This document shows, in pieces, positions 9,375 through 17,924 of a stretch of DNA of 64,000 nucleotides. How positions within the stretch are numbered: the stretch's first letter is position 1; the number at the start of each line of letters is the position of its first letter. The position numbers and the translations under genes were made by a program. Origin of the DNA: Escherichia phage vB_EcoM-LTH01; sequence record PP430345; one strand, 5' to 3'. The notes under the pieces were generated by a model that saw nothing but the letters and a program-made list of their open reading frames with translations, was not told where the DNA came from and did not search any database.

Positions 9375-9878
9375 ATGAAATTAACTATCGAATTAATCCC
9401 AAGCACAGCTTGGGACAACAACCTTCGGTCTTACCTTACCCAATCTGGTTGGGACAAAGTTCGTCGAAAGTGCTATCAAGAAGCAAACTACCACTGTGAG
9501 GTTTGTGGAGGTCAAGGTGGAAATGGACGTAAGCATCCATGTGAAGCTCACGAGGTATGGGACTTTGTTGATGGGGAAGTTGTGTTAAGGGGTGTGATCG
9601 CTTTATGTCCTCCTTGCCACGAAGTAAAACATATCGGTCGTGCTCAAGCGACTGGTAACATGACTCGTGCAATACGACACTTTATGAAAGTTAACGGTGT
9701 TGACAAGAAGGCTGCTGAAGAATACATTAGGCAAGCTGCGGCATTGTGGCGAGAAAGAAGTAAGCAAGAGTGGTCTTTGAATATCGATTATCTGTATGAA
9801 TACATGGGTAAAGATTTCAAATTCAAGCGACCAGTAAAAGAAGTTAAAGAAGACGAAGATTACGGCGAAGCATTTTAA
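9375..9878 (+). CDS. HNH-like zinc-finger protein (possible nuclease)
   Basis: CEVCGG...HPCEAHEVW...CPPCHEVKH cysteine/histidine motif. Confidence 0.45.
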   Translation: MKLTIELIPSTAWDNNLRSYLTQSGWDKVRRKCYQEANYHCEVCGGQGGNGRKHPCEAHEVWDFVDGEVVLRGVIALCPPCHEVKHIGRAQATGNMTRAIRHFMKVNGVDKKAAEEYIRQAAALWRERSKQEWSLNIDYLYEYMGKDFKFKRPVKEVKEDEDYGEAF

Positions 9879-9891
9879 TAAGGAGAGGTCT

Positions 9892-11001
9892 ATGGGTTAT
9901 CCGGTAATTGAAGATTGGTCAGGTATTATCGAAGACAACGTGGTTGTTGCACTTGATCTCGATCAAACTTGCTATGTTGCTGCGGCTGGTGCAGAAAAAA
10001 GAACGATCATCGCTCGACACAAGGAGACTGGAAGGGAAAAAGAATTTCGCAACAAAACAGAGTTTTGGGGTCGCCAAAAGAATGTTGTTGGTGGATGGTT
10101 AAAAGACCAAAACATTAATATGGAAGCAAAAGCGGTTGCTCGCGGAAAAGAATTTACTCCGTGGACCCGTGATGATTTCGAGATCATTGAAAAGCAAACT
10201 CCAGAACCAGTGGAGAACTGTCTTCACTTATTGAAGATTAAGATCAATGCTATTCTTGAACACGTAGGATCAGCAAACGGGCTTGGTGTTTTAGGTGGGA
10301 GTGGTAACTTCCGTCTTGCACTCCCGACCCCTGAGATCTATAAGGGTAACCGTGAAGATACTTTACGTCCTCTGTTGCTTGGGGAGACTCGTCGATATGT
10401 TCAGCAGAAGTATGGTGCGATCATTGTGGATGGTATTGAGGCAGATGATTATTTATCGATCCTTGGTTACAAAGGTTATTTAAATTATCGAAAGACTGGA
10501 AAGTTCAGTCATATTGTGGCATCCTTTGATAAGGATCAGGTTCAGGTTCCTTCTCTGTTGTTTAACACGATGCGTGATTCAACAGAGCGTACTTGGAAAC
10601 ATCCTGAACTCTGGTTGATTGATGATTCTATGGGTGAGATCTGGATGGAGTCTGGAAAGGTAAAAGGCTGGGGTAAGAAATTCTTCGGTTACCAAATGCT
10701 ATTTGGTGATGCAGCGGATAACGTTAAACCATATCAAACCTTCGAGGGTCTTCGCTTTGGTGAAACATCGGCTTTCCAGGTCATCTCCCCTTGTGCAGAC
10801 GAGAAGAGTATGTGGTTAGCTATTATTGATCAGTATAAGAAGTGGTTTCCTGAGGGTGTTGAATATACAGACCACTTAGGGAATCATCGTAAGTTTTCAG
10901 CGGGTCAGTGGGCTTCTGTCATTTTCCAGTGTGTTTATATGAAGCGCACAGAAAATGATAAGACAACATTATCCTCAACTTTAAAACGGGTAGGTATTTA
11001 A
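9892..11001 (+). CDS. 5'-3' exonuclease / flap endonuclease (FEN, T4 RNase H / T5 D15 family)
   Basis: VVALDLDQTCY acidic N-motif, YKGNRE (YKxNR) and GIEADDYLS (EADD) motifs. Confidence 0.7.
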   Translation: MGYPVIEDWSGIIEDNVVVALDLDQTCYVAAAGAEKRTIIARHKETGREKEFRNKTEFWGRQKNVVGGWLKDQNINMEAKAVARGKEFTPWTRDDFEIIEKQTPEPVENCLHLLKIKINAILEHVGSANGLGVLGGSGNFRLALPTPEIYKGNREDTLRPLLLGETRRYVQQKYGAIIVDGIEADDYLSILGYKGYLNYRKTGKFSHIVASFDKDQVQVPSLLFNTMRDSTERTWKHPELWLIDDSMGEIWMESGKVKGWGKKFFGYQMLFGDAADNVKPYQTFEGLRFGETSAFQVISPCADEKSMWLAIIDQYKKWFPEGVEYTDHLGNHRKFSAGQWASVIFQCVYMKRTENDKTTLSSTLKRVGI

Positions 11002-11312
11002 TGTCAGGCTTTTCTGAGAGTTTTGATGATGTTATGATCGCTGACGAAATTCGTGCAGCACTCGTTCCTGGCGCAAAGCGCCAGGTCTACAAGATTGAAG
11101 AACCTTGGACTATGCTGGAGGAGCCTTGGAGAATTCAATGGTTTGACAAGCGTGTTGATTCTATCTGTCAGGTCTATGTTGTTGGTGATCCGTTCTACGA
11201 TGAGAAATATGTAACTTTTATGGTTTACATGGACGGAGAAGTAAAGAACTATGTGTTCTTAATCGACCAATATCATTATCTTGATAATACCGAAGAAGGG
11301 GAATCAGCGTGA
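11001..11312 (+). CDS. hypothetical protein
   Basis: 103-aa ORF, ATGA-type overlap. Confidence 0.5.
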   Translation: MSGFSESFDDVMIADEIRAALVPGAKRQVYKIEEPWTMLEEPWRIQWFDKRVDSICQVYVVGDPFYDEKYVTFMVYMDGEVKNYVFLIDQYHYLDNTEEGESA

Positions 11313-11887
11313 AAATTTTATCCATCGATCAGAGTATGGCTTCTTGTGCATGTGTAGTTTTTGACGGTAATGAACCGATCTTTAAAGAAGTATTGAAAAC
11401 AACAGGATCTGCAAATGCCAAAGACTGGCAGATTCGTTTTGATAATCCTGTTGAGCAGATGGCATACATTTCTCGACACATTGCGGATATTTGTGAGTCT
11501 TTCCAGGTCGAGAAGATCGTGCTGGAGTCTTTGAGCTTTGGATCTGCTGGTAATGCCACAAGGGATCTTGCAGGATTATTTTTCTGTATTCAGTTGACAC
11601 TACTTCGAGATGGATATAGTATGGACAACATACACACCATTGCACCAACATCTGTTAAATCTTGGGCGCGAGGTAAATTACCTGGTGAGGAACAAGAGGT
11701 GATGAATGCAAAAGGTACGAAGATGGAAAAAATTAAAATGGATAAAGATCAAATGATGAAGGTTTGCGAGTTGATGGAACCTGGGTTTTTAGCTGGATAT
11801 TCAAAGACAGGTAAGAACGGCGGGGCTACAGATCTTGCAGATGCCTACTTAATTGGGAGATGCTACCTTGAACGAAACGGTTATTGA
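11309..11887 (+). CDS. RuvC-like Holliday junction resolvase
   Basis: ILSIDQSMASCACVVFDG start, VLESLSFG acidic motif, C-terminal GATDLADAYLIG (DxxDA). Confidence 0.6.
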   Translation: MKILSIDQSMASCACVVFDGNEPIFKEVLKTTGSANAKDWQIRFDNPVEQMAYISRHIADICESFQVEKIVLESLSFGSAGNATRDLAGLFFCIQLTLLRDGYSMDNIHTIAPTSVKSWARGKLPGEEQEVMNAKGTKMEKIKMDKDQMMKVCELMEPGFLAGYSKTGKNGGATDLADAYLIGRCYLERNGY

Positions 11888-12521
11888 ACGCTACGAATCT
11901 GAAGAGTTTTACCAGAGTAAGAAATTAGTGATCTGTTGGAATACCCTCGAAAGGGGGGATTTCATTGCTAAACTAAAGCACACTGCAAATAAGTTGGGGT
12001 TTGGTTCTTATCAGAAGGATCGTAGTGGTTACGATATAAACCTGTTTAATGAGCGATCTAAGCTGAACATGCACATTCAGACGATCAGTTCTGCACAGTG
12101 GTCTTTTTGGCAAAAAGTCAGAGGTATGTGTTTTGACGAAATCATCATCAGTGGGTATTCTTTTAAGTCTGTTTCTGATAAAGCTTCACTGAAAGAATTA
12201 CTTTATTTGACGAAGCAAAAAGGTAATCCGATTTTTGATAATGCTTTAAGGGTTTTTATAAACTCAAGTCGATCTGAATTCTTTAAGGATTTTGATTCGA
12301 ACGTTCCATCAGAGTTTAAAAATAATGTTGACAACAGTCTGTTTAGTAATATAAACTTTCCAATGTCACTTTATCGCTTCGGAATGGAAGAGTATTTTGA
12401 AAACCCTGTTGCACCTACACACGGTGAGTTCTTAATGGCTTTGGCCTTGGAGGGAGTACATGCGAGTACCGAGAGTGAGGAAGCGGCGGTCAAAGAGGCC
12501 ACTATTCACAGCGAAGGATAA
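11853..12521 (+). CDS. hypothetical protein
   Basis: 222-aa ORF; start uncertain (35-nt overlap with upstream). Confidence 0.45.
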   Translation: MGDATLNETVIERYESEEFYQSKKLVICWNTLERGDFIAKLKHTANKLGFGSYQKDRSGYDINLFNERSKLNMHIQTISSAQWSFWQKVRGMCFDEIIISGYSFKSVSDKASLKELLYLTKQKGNPIFDNALRVFINSSRSEFFKDFDSNVPSEFKNNVDNSLFSNINFPMSLYRFGMEEYFENPVAPTHGEFLMALALEGVHASTESEEAAVKEATIHSEG

Positions 12522-12564
12522 GGCAACTACACCTATCCGTGTTAAATTGAATAAGGATCTTTGG

Positions 12565-13038
12565 GTGAGTGGGTCGAAGGAAATAGCAAAATATCGTGAT
12601 GAAATATTGCTTGACCAACAGGGAGTTTGTGCTATACTAGGTGAAGTTATGGAGAAGCCTTGTTTAGACCATGATCACTTTGATGGAAAGGTTAGGGGTG
12701 TTATTGGAAGCACCCTGAACCTTTTCGAAGGTGGTGTACAAAAACTTTGGTCTAAACACATGGAAGATAAAACAGACTTGACAATGAGTGAAGTTCTACG
12801 TAGAATGGCTGACTATCTCGAAAGGGATTACTCTTCAAGAAAGTTTCATGGTGAGATTGTTGCTGACCTGAAAAAATATTTGAAGAGATTAAAGAAAGAA
12901 ACAATTGCAATGAACGCTTTATTGAGGTACAATGTAGTTATCGATGATAGTTTGGATAAAGGTGAAATGATAACTCTTTATGTGAAAGCGTTTATCGATA
13001 AACTTGAGGAGGGTTATCTGTATGAGTCAAGAAGTTGA
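12565..13038 (+). CDS. recombination endonuclease VII (T4 gp49-like resolvase)
   Basis: CAILGEVMEKPCLDHDHFDGKVRGVIGSTLNLFEG matches the endo VII CxxC...HLDHDH...GKVRG core; GTG start with AAGGA SD gives 157 aa, the length of T4 endo VII. Confidence 0.8.
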   Translation: MSGSKEIAKYRDEILLDQQGVCAILGEVMEKPCLDHDHFDGKVRGVIGSTLNLFEGGVQKLWSKHMEDKTDLTMSEVLRRMADYLERDYSSRKFHGEIVADLKKYLKRLKKETIAMNALLRYNVVIDDSLDKGEMITLYVKAFIDKLEEGYLYESRS

Positions 13039-13249
13039 CAATAACACCTACGGTTTACCAACCCTGCGGTTTTATTATCGCAATTGGAAAGGTGATTGTG
13101 GTTATCGTACTGTAACTGGTACGCCAGTGATGTGGTATGGTGAATCGCCGTATCATCGTGGCGAACAGTGGTTTATGAAAGCGTATGATGTAGATAAACA
13201 AGATATCCGTGACTTTGCTGTTGCCGATGTAATCGAATTTTTTAAATAA
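13022..13249 (+). CDS. hypothetical protein
   Basis: ATG 8 nt after GAGGAGGG; track start 13004. Confidence 0.5.
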   Translation: MSQEVDNNTYGLPTLRFYYRNWKGDCGYRTVTGTPVMWYGESPYHRGEQWFMKAYDVDKQDIRDFAVADVIEFFK

Positions 13250-13259
13250 GGAGTTTTTA

Positions 13260-14354
13260 GTGACTAATAAAGTAACTTTTACTGTTGAACAAGTTCTGCA
13301 ACTGATGAAACACGGTTTGTCTCAGCGCGAAGTAGCTCGCCAATTGGGTAAAGAGTCTCAGGAATCTACGGTTCGTAATATGATCCGTCGTGAAATTCAA
13401 AAGAATGATGTTTCAAGTGTTAAGGAACTCCTTGAAATCACCCCAGCTTATGAAGATTACGAAAACTATGCAGAATATATGCAGCAGAAAGAGTCAGGTG
13501 GGGAGTCTGTCGCTAAGATTGAAAAAGATTTCATTGAAAAGATCAAAGAGCAGAACCCAGGTGCTAAAGTTTTCCTTGGTGACATTGAAACATCTCCTTC
13601 TATAGCATATTCGTTTGGACGATTTAAACAGTTCATTGCACCGAAGCAGGTAATTATGGAACCGTACATGCTGACATTCGCTGGTAAGTGGCTGCACAAC
13701 CCATCGATCTTCAGCCGGAAGCTGACTGACTATCCAGAAGAGTTTGCACGAGATCACCAGTCAGATCGCAAGTTGATCGAAGACCTGTGGAAAGTTCTGG
13801 ACGAATGTGATATCTTTATCGCACATAATGCTCGCTTTGACCGTGGTTGGGCAAATCAGCGTTTCGCATATTACGGTATGCAACCGCCAAGCCCCTACAT
13901 CACGATCGATACATTGGCTGCACTGAAAGAAGCTTTCTCTCTTCCTTCAAATGCACTTGAAGCAGCATGTAACTATTTTGAACTTGATAGTCGTAAGCTG
14001 TCGCATGAAGGTTTCAGTCTGTGGCGACGTTGTGTTGAAGGTGACCCAACCGCATTTGAAGAGATGGAAGAATATAACATTGGTGATATTCCAACGCTGG
14101 AAGAACTGTATCTGACTGTACGACCTTTCATGCGGAAACATCCGAACATTGCATTGTTCCACAAAGATCAATCAACTATGCGTTGTGTTCGTTGTGGTAG
14201 TGACGACTTAGTTATTGAGGAAGGTAAGTCAGCAGTAACGTTCTTGTCTAAGTTCAAGGTGTATCGTTGCCAGGAATGTGGTTCTTGTGCACGAGATCGT
14301 CAGAATGTTCGCGAGAAGGCAGCGATGAAGAAAACGCTGGCAAACATTCTGTAA
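13260..14354 (+). CDS. DnaQ-like DEDD 3'-5' exonuclease with N-terminal HTH and C-terminal zinc ribbon
   Basis: GTG start; LSQREVARQLG HTH; FLGDIETSP (exo I), IFIAHNARFD (exo II), YNIGD (exo III); CVRCGS...CQECGSC. Confidence 0.65.
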   Translation: MTNKVTFTVEQVLQLMKHGLSQREVARQLGKESQESTVRNMIRREIQKNDVSSVKELLEITPAYEDYENYAEYMQQKESGGESVAKIEKDFIEKIKEQNPGAKVFLGDIETSPSIAYSFGRFKQFIAPKQVIMEPYMLTFAGKWLHNPSIFSRKLTDYPEEFARDHQSDRKLIEDLWKVLDECDIFIAHNARFDRGWANQRFAYYGMQPPSPYITIDTLAALKEAFSLPSNALEAACNYFELDSRKLSHEGFSLWRRCVEGDPTAFEEMEEYNIGDIPTLEELYLTVRPFMRKHPNIALFHKDQSTMRCVRCGSDDLVIEEGKSAVTFLSKFKVYRCQECGSCARDRQNVREKAAMKKTLANIL

Positions 14355-14362
14355 TTTTATTT

Positions 14363-14390
14363 AACCGCCCTTCGGGGCGGTTTTTTTTAT
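14363..14390 (+). terminator. intrinsic terminator
   Basis: ACCGCCCTTCGGGGCGG + T8. Confidence 0.8.
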
Positions 14391-14413
14391 TGTGAAAATG
14401 AGAGGAGATTAGT

Positions 14414-15052
14414 ATGAAATTCATTAATTTAAATGGTCCTGCTTTTTCTGGTAAAGATGCTCTTGCTAAAGAGATTGCAGAGTTAGTTACGGTAGATAAT
14501 AACGTAGGTATTCATGTTGAGTTTAAAGGTTCCCTTATCGATCTAGCTATTCGTATTGCAGGTATTAATCGTGAACTGTGGGATGCACTTTACCACCGCG
14601 ATTATAAAGAAGTACCTCAACCATATTTTAATGTTGCAGGTAAACAAGTGTCCCCACGTAACTGGCTGATCCATATCTCTGAGAATGTTGCGAAGCCTCT
14701 CTTCGGAGAAGAATACTTTGGTGTTGCTCTTGCCAAGCGTGTTAAAGATATTGCGAAAGGTATGGAAATGAATGGTTATACCTGTACGTTTATTAGCTCT
14801 GATGGTGGATTTGTTCATGAAAGTGTTCCGGTAGTGAAGGCGGTAAATGGCGATTACACATTGATCCGTCTGCACCGTACTGATCCACGAACTGGTAATA
14901 AATTAACTTTTGAAGGCGATTCTCGTAATTATATTTACTCTGAGAATTTTCCTGAAAGTGCACGACCTAGAGATTTCGACGTTGAAAACGTTAATGGTAA
15001 GCTAACTGAAACTGCAAAATTAATTATCAAACTCTCAGAGGGGAAAGAGTAA
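14414..15052 (+). CDS. deoxynucleoside monophosphate kinase (T4 gp1-like)
   Basis: N-terminal MKFINLNGPAFSGKDALAKEI resembles the T4 dNMP kinase P-loop region. Confidence 0.6.
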   Translation: MKFINLNGPAFSGKDALAKEIAELVTVDNNVGIHVEFKGSLIDLAIRIAGINRELWDALYHRDYKEVPQPYFNVAGKQVSPRNWLIHISENVAKPLFGEEYFGVALAKRVKDIAKGMEMNGYTCTFISSDGGFVHESVPVVKAVNGDYTLIRLHRTDPRTGNKLTFEGDSRNYIYSENFPESARPRDFDVENVNGKLTETAKLIIKLSEGKE

Positions 15053-15658
15053 ATGAAAAAAGCGATCATTGTGGATGTTGACTTAACTATCGTTGATTCT
15101 GGATGGCCTTGGTTGCACTGGATGGAAAGCATCTATAATATGGAGGCTGATTCTGACCTTATGGAAAAGGACATTAGCGAGAATGGGTATTTTGATTACA
15201 ATCTTTCTCGGTACTTTCCTGATCGCTGTAAGAAGGCTATCCCTCCATATGATTATTGGGAAGACCCTTTCTTGTATGATAAGATGTTCCCTATTGCGGG
15301 AGCAGTAGAGGCAATCAATAAGTTACATGCCGCAGGATTCCCTATTCGGTTTGTGTCTTATTGCAAGAAAGGTCATTTTAGTAGTAAAGTTCGTTTCTTG
15401 AAGCGACACTTCCCTAACCTGGATCTTGAAAATGGAACAGACGGGTGTGGTTTTTATGCTACAAAGTACAAGGCTGGAGTTTCGGGTGATTACATCATTG
15501 ATGATCGTAATAAATTTTTGAATCAATTTAGTGACAAGGTAGTAAAAATCAAGTATGATACACCCTTCAGTCAAGACGAAGAAGAGATCGGGTGTTACGA
15601 CTTGGTAACTAGCGATTGGGCATCAATTGCTGAATTTATTTTGGAGAGAGAATCTTGA
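15053..15658 (+). CDS. HAD-superfamily 5'(3')-deoxyribonucleotidase-like hydrolase
   Basis: IIVDVDLTIVD (DxDxT) motif I; C-terminal DD motif. Confidence 0.55.
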   Translation: MKKAIIVDVDLTIVDSGWPWLHWMESIYNMEADSDLMEKDISENGYFDYNLSRYFPDRCKKAIPPYDYWEDPFLYDKMFPIAGAVEAINKLHAAGFPIRFVSYCKKGHFSSKVRFLKRHFPNLDLENGTDGCGFYATKYKAGVSGDYIIDDRNKFLNQFSDKVVKIKYDTPFSQDEEEIGCYDLVTSDWASIAEFILERES

Positions 15659-15840
15659 GATGTGGTAAAGGAAGATGGGTAGTTAGGGAAGGTGATTATG
15701 TAGAGATCCTTTCTAAAGAAAAGGGAAGCCTTTTGGCTTCCTTCAAAGTAAAAAGCGACATGTGCAAAGAAATGTTTGACATGTATCTTCACATTATGTA
15801 CGATATTAGCGTTGATTACAAAATCAGGAAAATAAAATGA
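15655..15840 (+). CDS. hypothetical protein
   Basis: 61-aa ORF with overlapping start. Confidence 0.4.
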   Translation: MRCGKGRWVVREGDYVEILSKEKGSLLASFKVKSDMCKEMFDMYLHIMYDISVDYKIRKIK

Positions 15841-16043
15841 ATATAGTATTTTTCGAAGGTGAAGATTGGGAAGGTATTTATGTTGACGGTAAGTTAGTGT
15901 TAGAAGGCCACAGGGTAGACATTAAGGAATTTATTTCTTACTTGGCAAAGAAAAGACTTGCTAACTTAGAGATTGTAAGGGAAAATGATTTGAGTAGTCC
16001 AATTGAAGATTACTTGCCACAATTTGTTGAAGATTTAAATTAA
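15837..16043 (+). CDS. hypothetical protein
   Basis: 68-aa ORF. Confidence 0.5.
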   Translation: MNIVFFEGEDWEGIYVDGKLVLEGHRVDIKEFISYLAKKRLANLEIVRENDLSSPIEDYLPQFVEDLN

Positions 16044-16059
16044 TAGAGAGGAGATTTGA

Positions 16060-17088
16060 ATGTCCATGATTGAAGCCCGTATTATTGCAGATTCTGTTGG
16101 CTATCGTAGTAAAGCTCGTATCACCACGTTTGAATTGACCTATCCTCGATTCATTCACTCAGAACTTATGACACACCGACTGTTTAGTAGAAATGCAATG
16201 TCTTCTCGTGCAGTGCCGATCAAGACAATGGTTAAACTGATCCGTGAAAATATGGCAATGCCTGTTCGATTTGGTGCTAACCAACCTGGTATGCAGGATA
16301 AAGGAACAGAACATGATGGTAAAGTATGGTATGATTGGGTGGAAGATACAAGTGGCGTGTGTCATGAACTGTACTGTACCGGACGAGAAGCTTGGGCGAA
16401 GGCTGCGGAAAATGCCTGTGAATGGGCAGAACGTTTCGAGGCAGCGGGGTTCCATAAGCAGATTGCTAACCGATTGATCGAGCCGTTCCAGATGATGAAG
16501 ACTATCGTTACAGCAACAGAATTTGAAAACTTCTTCTGGTTACGTGTTGATGCAGACGCAGACCCAACGATCGAAGTATTGGCTAAGAAAATGCACGAAG
16601 CTTATAAAGCTTCTACTCCAGAATGGTTACAACCTGGTGTGTGGCATACGCCTTACGTAGACCATTGTTTCGACTCTGGACCTTTGGGTGATGGGCATAT
16701 TTTTGCAGGGTATTGTGTACAGGATGAAGATGGAAATCACATTATGCTGTCCGAAGAAGAGGCTTTGTCTATCTCTTCCTCTTGTTGTGGACAGGTAAGT
16801 TATCGTCGTCTTAACAATACGAAAGATAAGGCTTTGGATATTTATGCCAAGCTCGTATCCGGTAAAAAGGTCCACGCTTCTCCGTTCGAGCATCAGGCGA
16901 AGGAGATAGAAGAGACATTTGAACCCGATGAAGTACAAGACGGTTACAATATGGTAAATGTCCCTTGGTGTTCAGCATCTTGGGAAGAGGGTATTACTCA
17001 CGTAGATCGTGACGGTAACTTCTGGAGTGGAAACCTGAAAGGGTTTGTTCAACATCGTCAGTTAATTCCTGGTCATGTTGCAAAATAA
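16060..17088 (+). CDS. thyX: flavin-dependent thymidylate synthase ThyX
   Basis: ThyX signature ELMTHRLFSRNAMSSRA (RHR...SxR). Confidence 0.9.
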   Translation: MSMIEARIIADSVGYRSKARITTFELTYPRFIHSELMTHRLFSRNAMSSRAVPIKTMVKLIRENMAMPVRFGANQPGMQDKGTEHDGKVWYDWVEDTSGVCHELYCTGREAWAKAAENACEWAERFEAAGFHKQIANRLIEPFQMMKTIVTATEFENFFWLRVDADADPTIEVLAKKMHEAYKASTPEWLQPGVWHTPYVDHCFDSGPLGDGHIFAGYCVQDEDGNHIMLSEEEALSISSSCCGQVSYRRLNNTKDKALDIYAKLVSGKKVHASPFEHQAKEIEETFEPDEVQDGYNMVNVPWCSASWEEGITHVDRDGNFWSGNLKGFVQHRQLIPGHVAK

Positions 17089-17091
17089 GTG

Positions 17092-17152
17092 TTGACATTG
17101 GTTAGTTAATTTTATATTATTATCGGCGCTGGGGCATATTGCCCCTCTTTTT
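17092..17152 (+). promoter_or_regulatory. promoter followed by short GC hairpin
   Basis: TTGACA - 17 nt - TATTAT, then GGGGCATATTGCCCC + TCTTTTT. Confidence 0.5.
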
Positions 17153-17176
17153 AAAATGTTGTACGAGGAGATTAAA

Positions 17177-17650
17177 ATGGGTTTTAAGAAAGAAGTTAAA
17201 TACGGTGCAGTAACTCTGGATTTCATTTTGGAATGTGCAAAAATCATGAACTTCGACCCGAAGGATGACAAAACTCTTCGTAAAGTCCTTCACCTGATCG
17301 GTTTCCAAGTTTCAATTCTGAATGAAGAGACTGGTGAGTATAAACCTTGCCAGATTGACCGAATTAACCGAGTGAATGTGCGTTGTATTGATAAACCGTA
17401 CCTTTGCCGTGAAACAACAGTGTTTTCTGGACGTTTACGTGACAAATCAGAATTCCCACTGGTAGATATCTACGAAAAGATGGATATCTTAGATGTTAGC
17501 AGTTCTAAAGCAACAGCTTTTGTTAATTCTTTGGATTTTGATATTCCGGTTGTTGAAAAAGTGAATACCCGTAAATACACACGAAAAGAAGATCGTTCTG
17601 AAACAATCGTTATGGATCTTCCTGAGTTTTCTGAGACACTGATTAAATAA
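17177..17650 (+). CDS. hypothetical protein
   Basis: ATG after GAGGAG; track start 17156 lies in promoter/hairpin region. Confidence 0.5.
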   Translation: MGFKKEVKYGAVTLDFILECAKIMNFDPKDDKTLRKVLHLIGFQVSILNEETGEYKPCQIDRINRVNVRCIDKPYLCRETTVFSGRLRDKSEFPLVDIYEKMDILDVSSSKATAFVNSLDFDIPVVEKVNTRKYTRKEDRSETIVMDLPEFSETLIK

Positions 17651-17664
17651 TAAGGAGAAATTTT

Positions 17665-17913
17665 ATGGGTAAAGCTAAATTAACAGTTCCGGTTGAGCAG
17701 ACTAAGTGGTTCCAACGTGGTTTTGCAAGCAAGCATGAATACTTGGGTTGGTTGCAGTTTAATGATCTGGTTGATGATTCGTTTGGTTATGACGACACTT
17801 ACCACGATCAGTACTCTGGATTAACTGTTCGATTAGGTGAACCGACATTTGAAAATGTCGATAAATATGATACACTGATCAACAAGTCTGCAACTAAAAC
17901 TGAAACTAAATAA
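17665..17913 (+). CDS. hypothetical protein
   Basis: TAAGGAGAAA SD. Confidence 0.5.
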   Translation: MGKAKLTVPVEQTKWFQRGFASKHEYLGWLQFNDLVDDSFGYDDTYHDQYSGLTVRLGEPTFENVDKYDTLINKSATKTETK

Positions 17914-17924
17914 GGAGAAATAAA

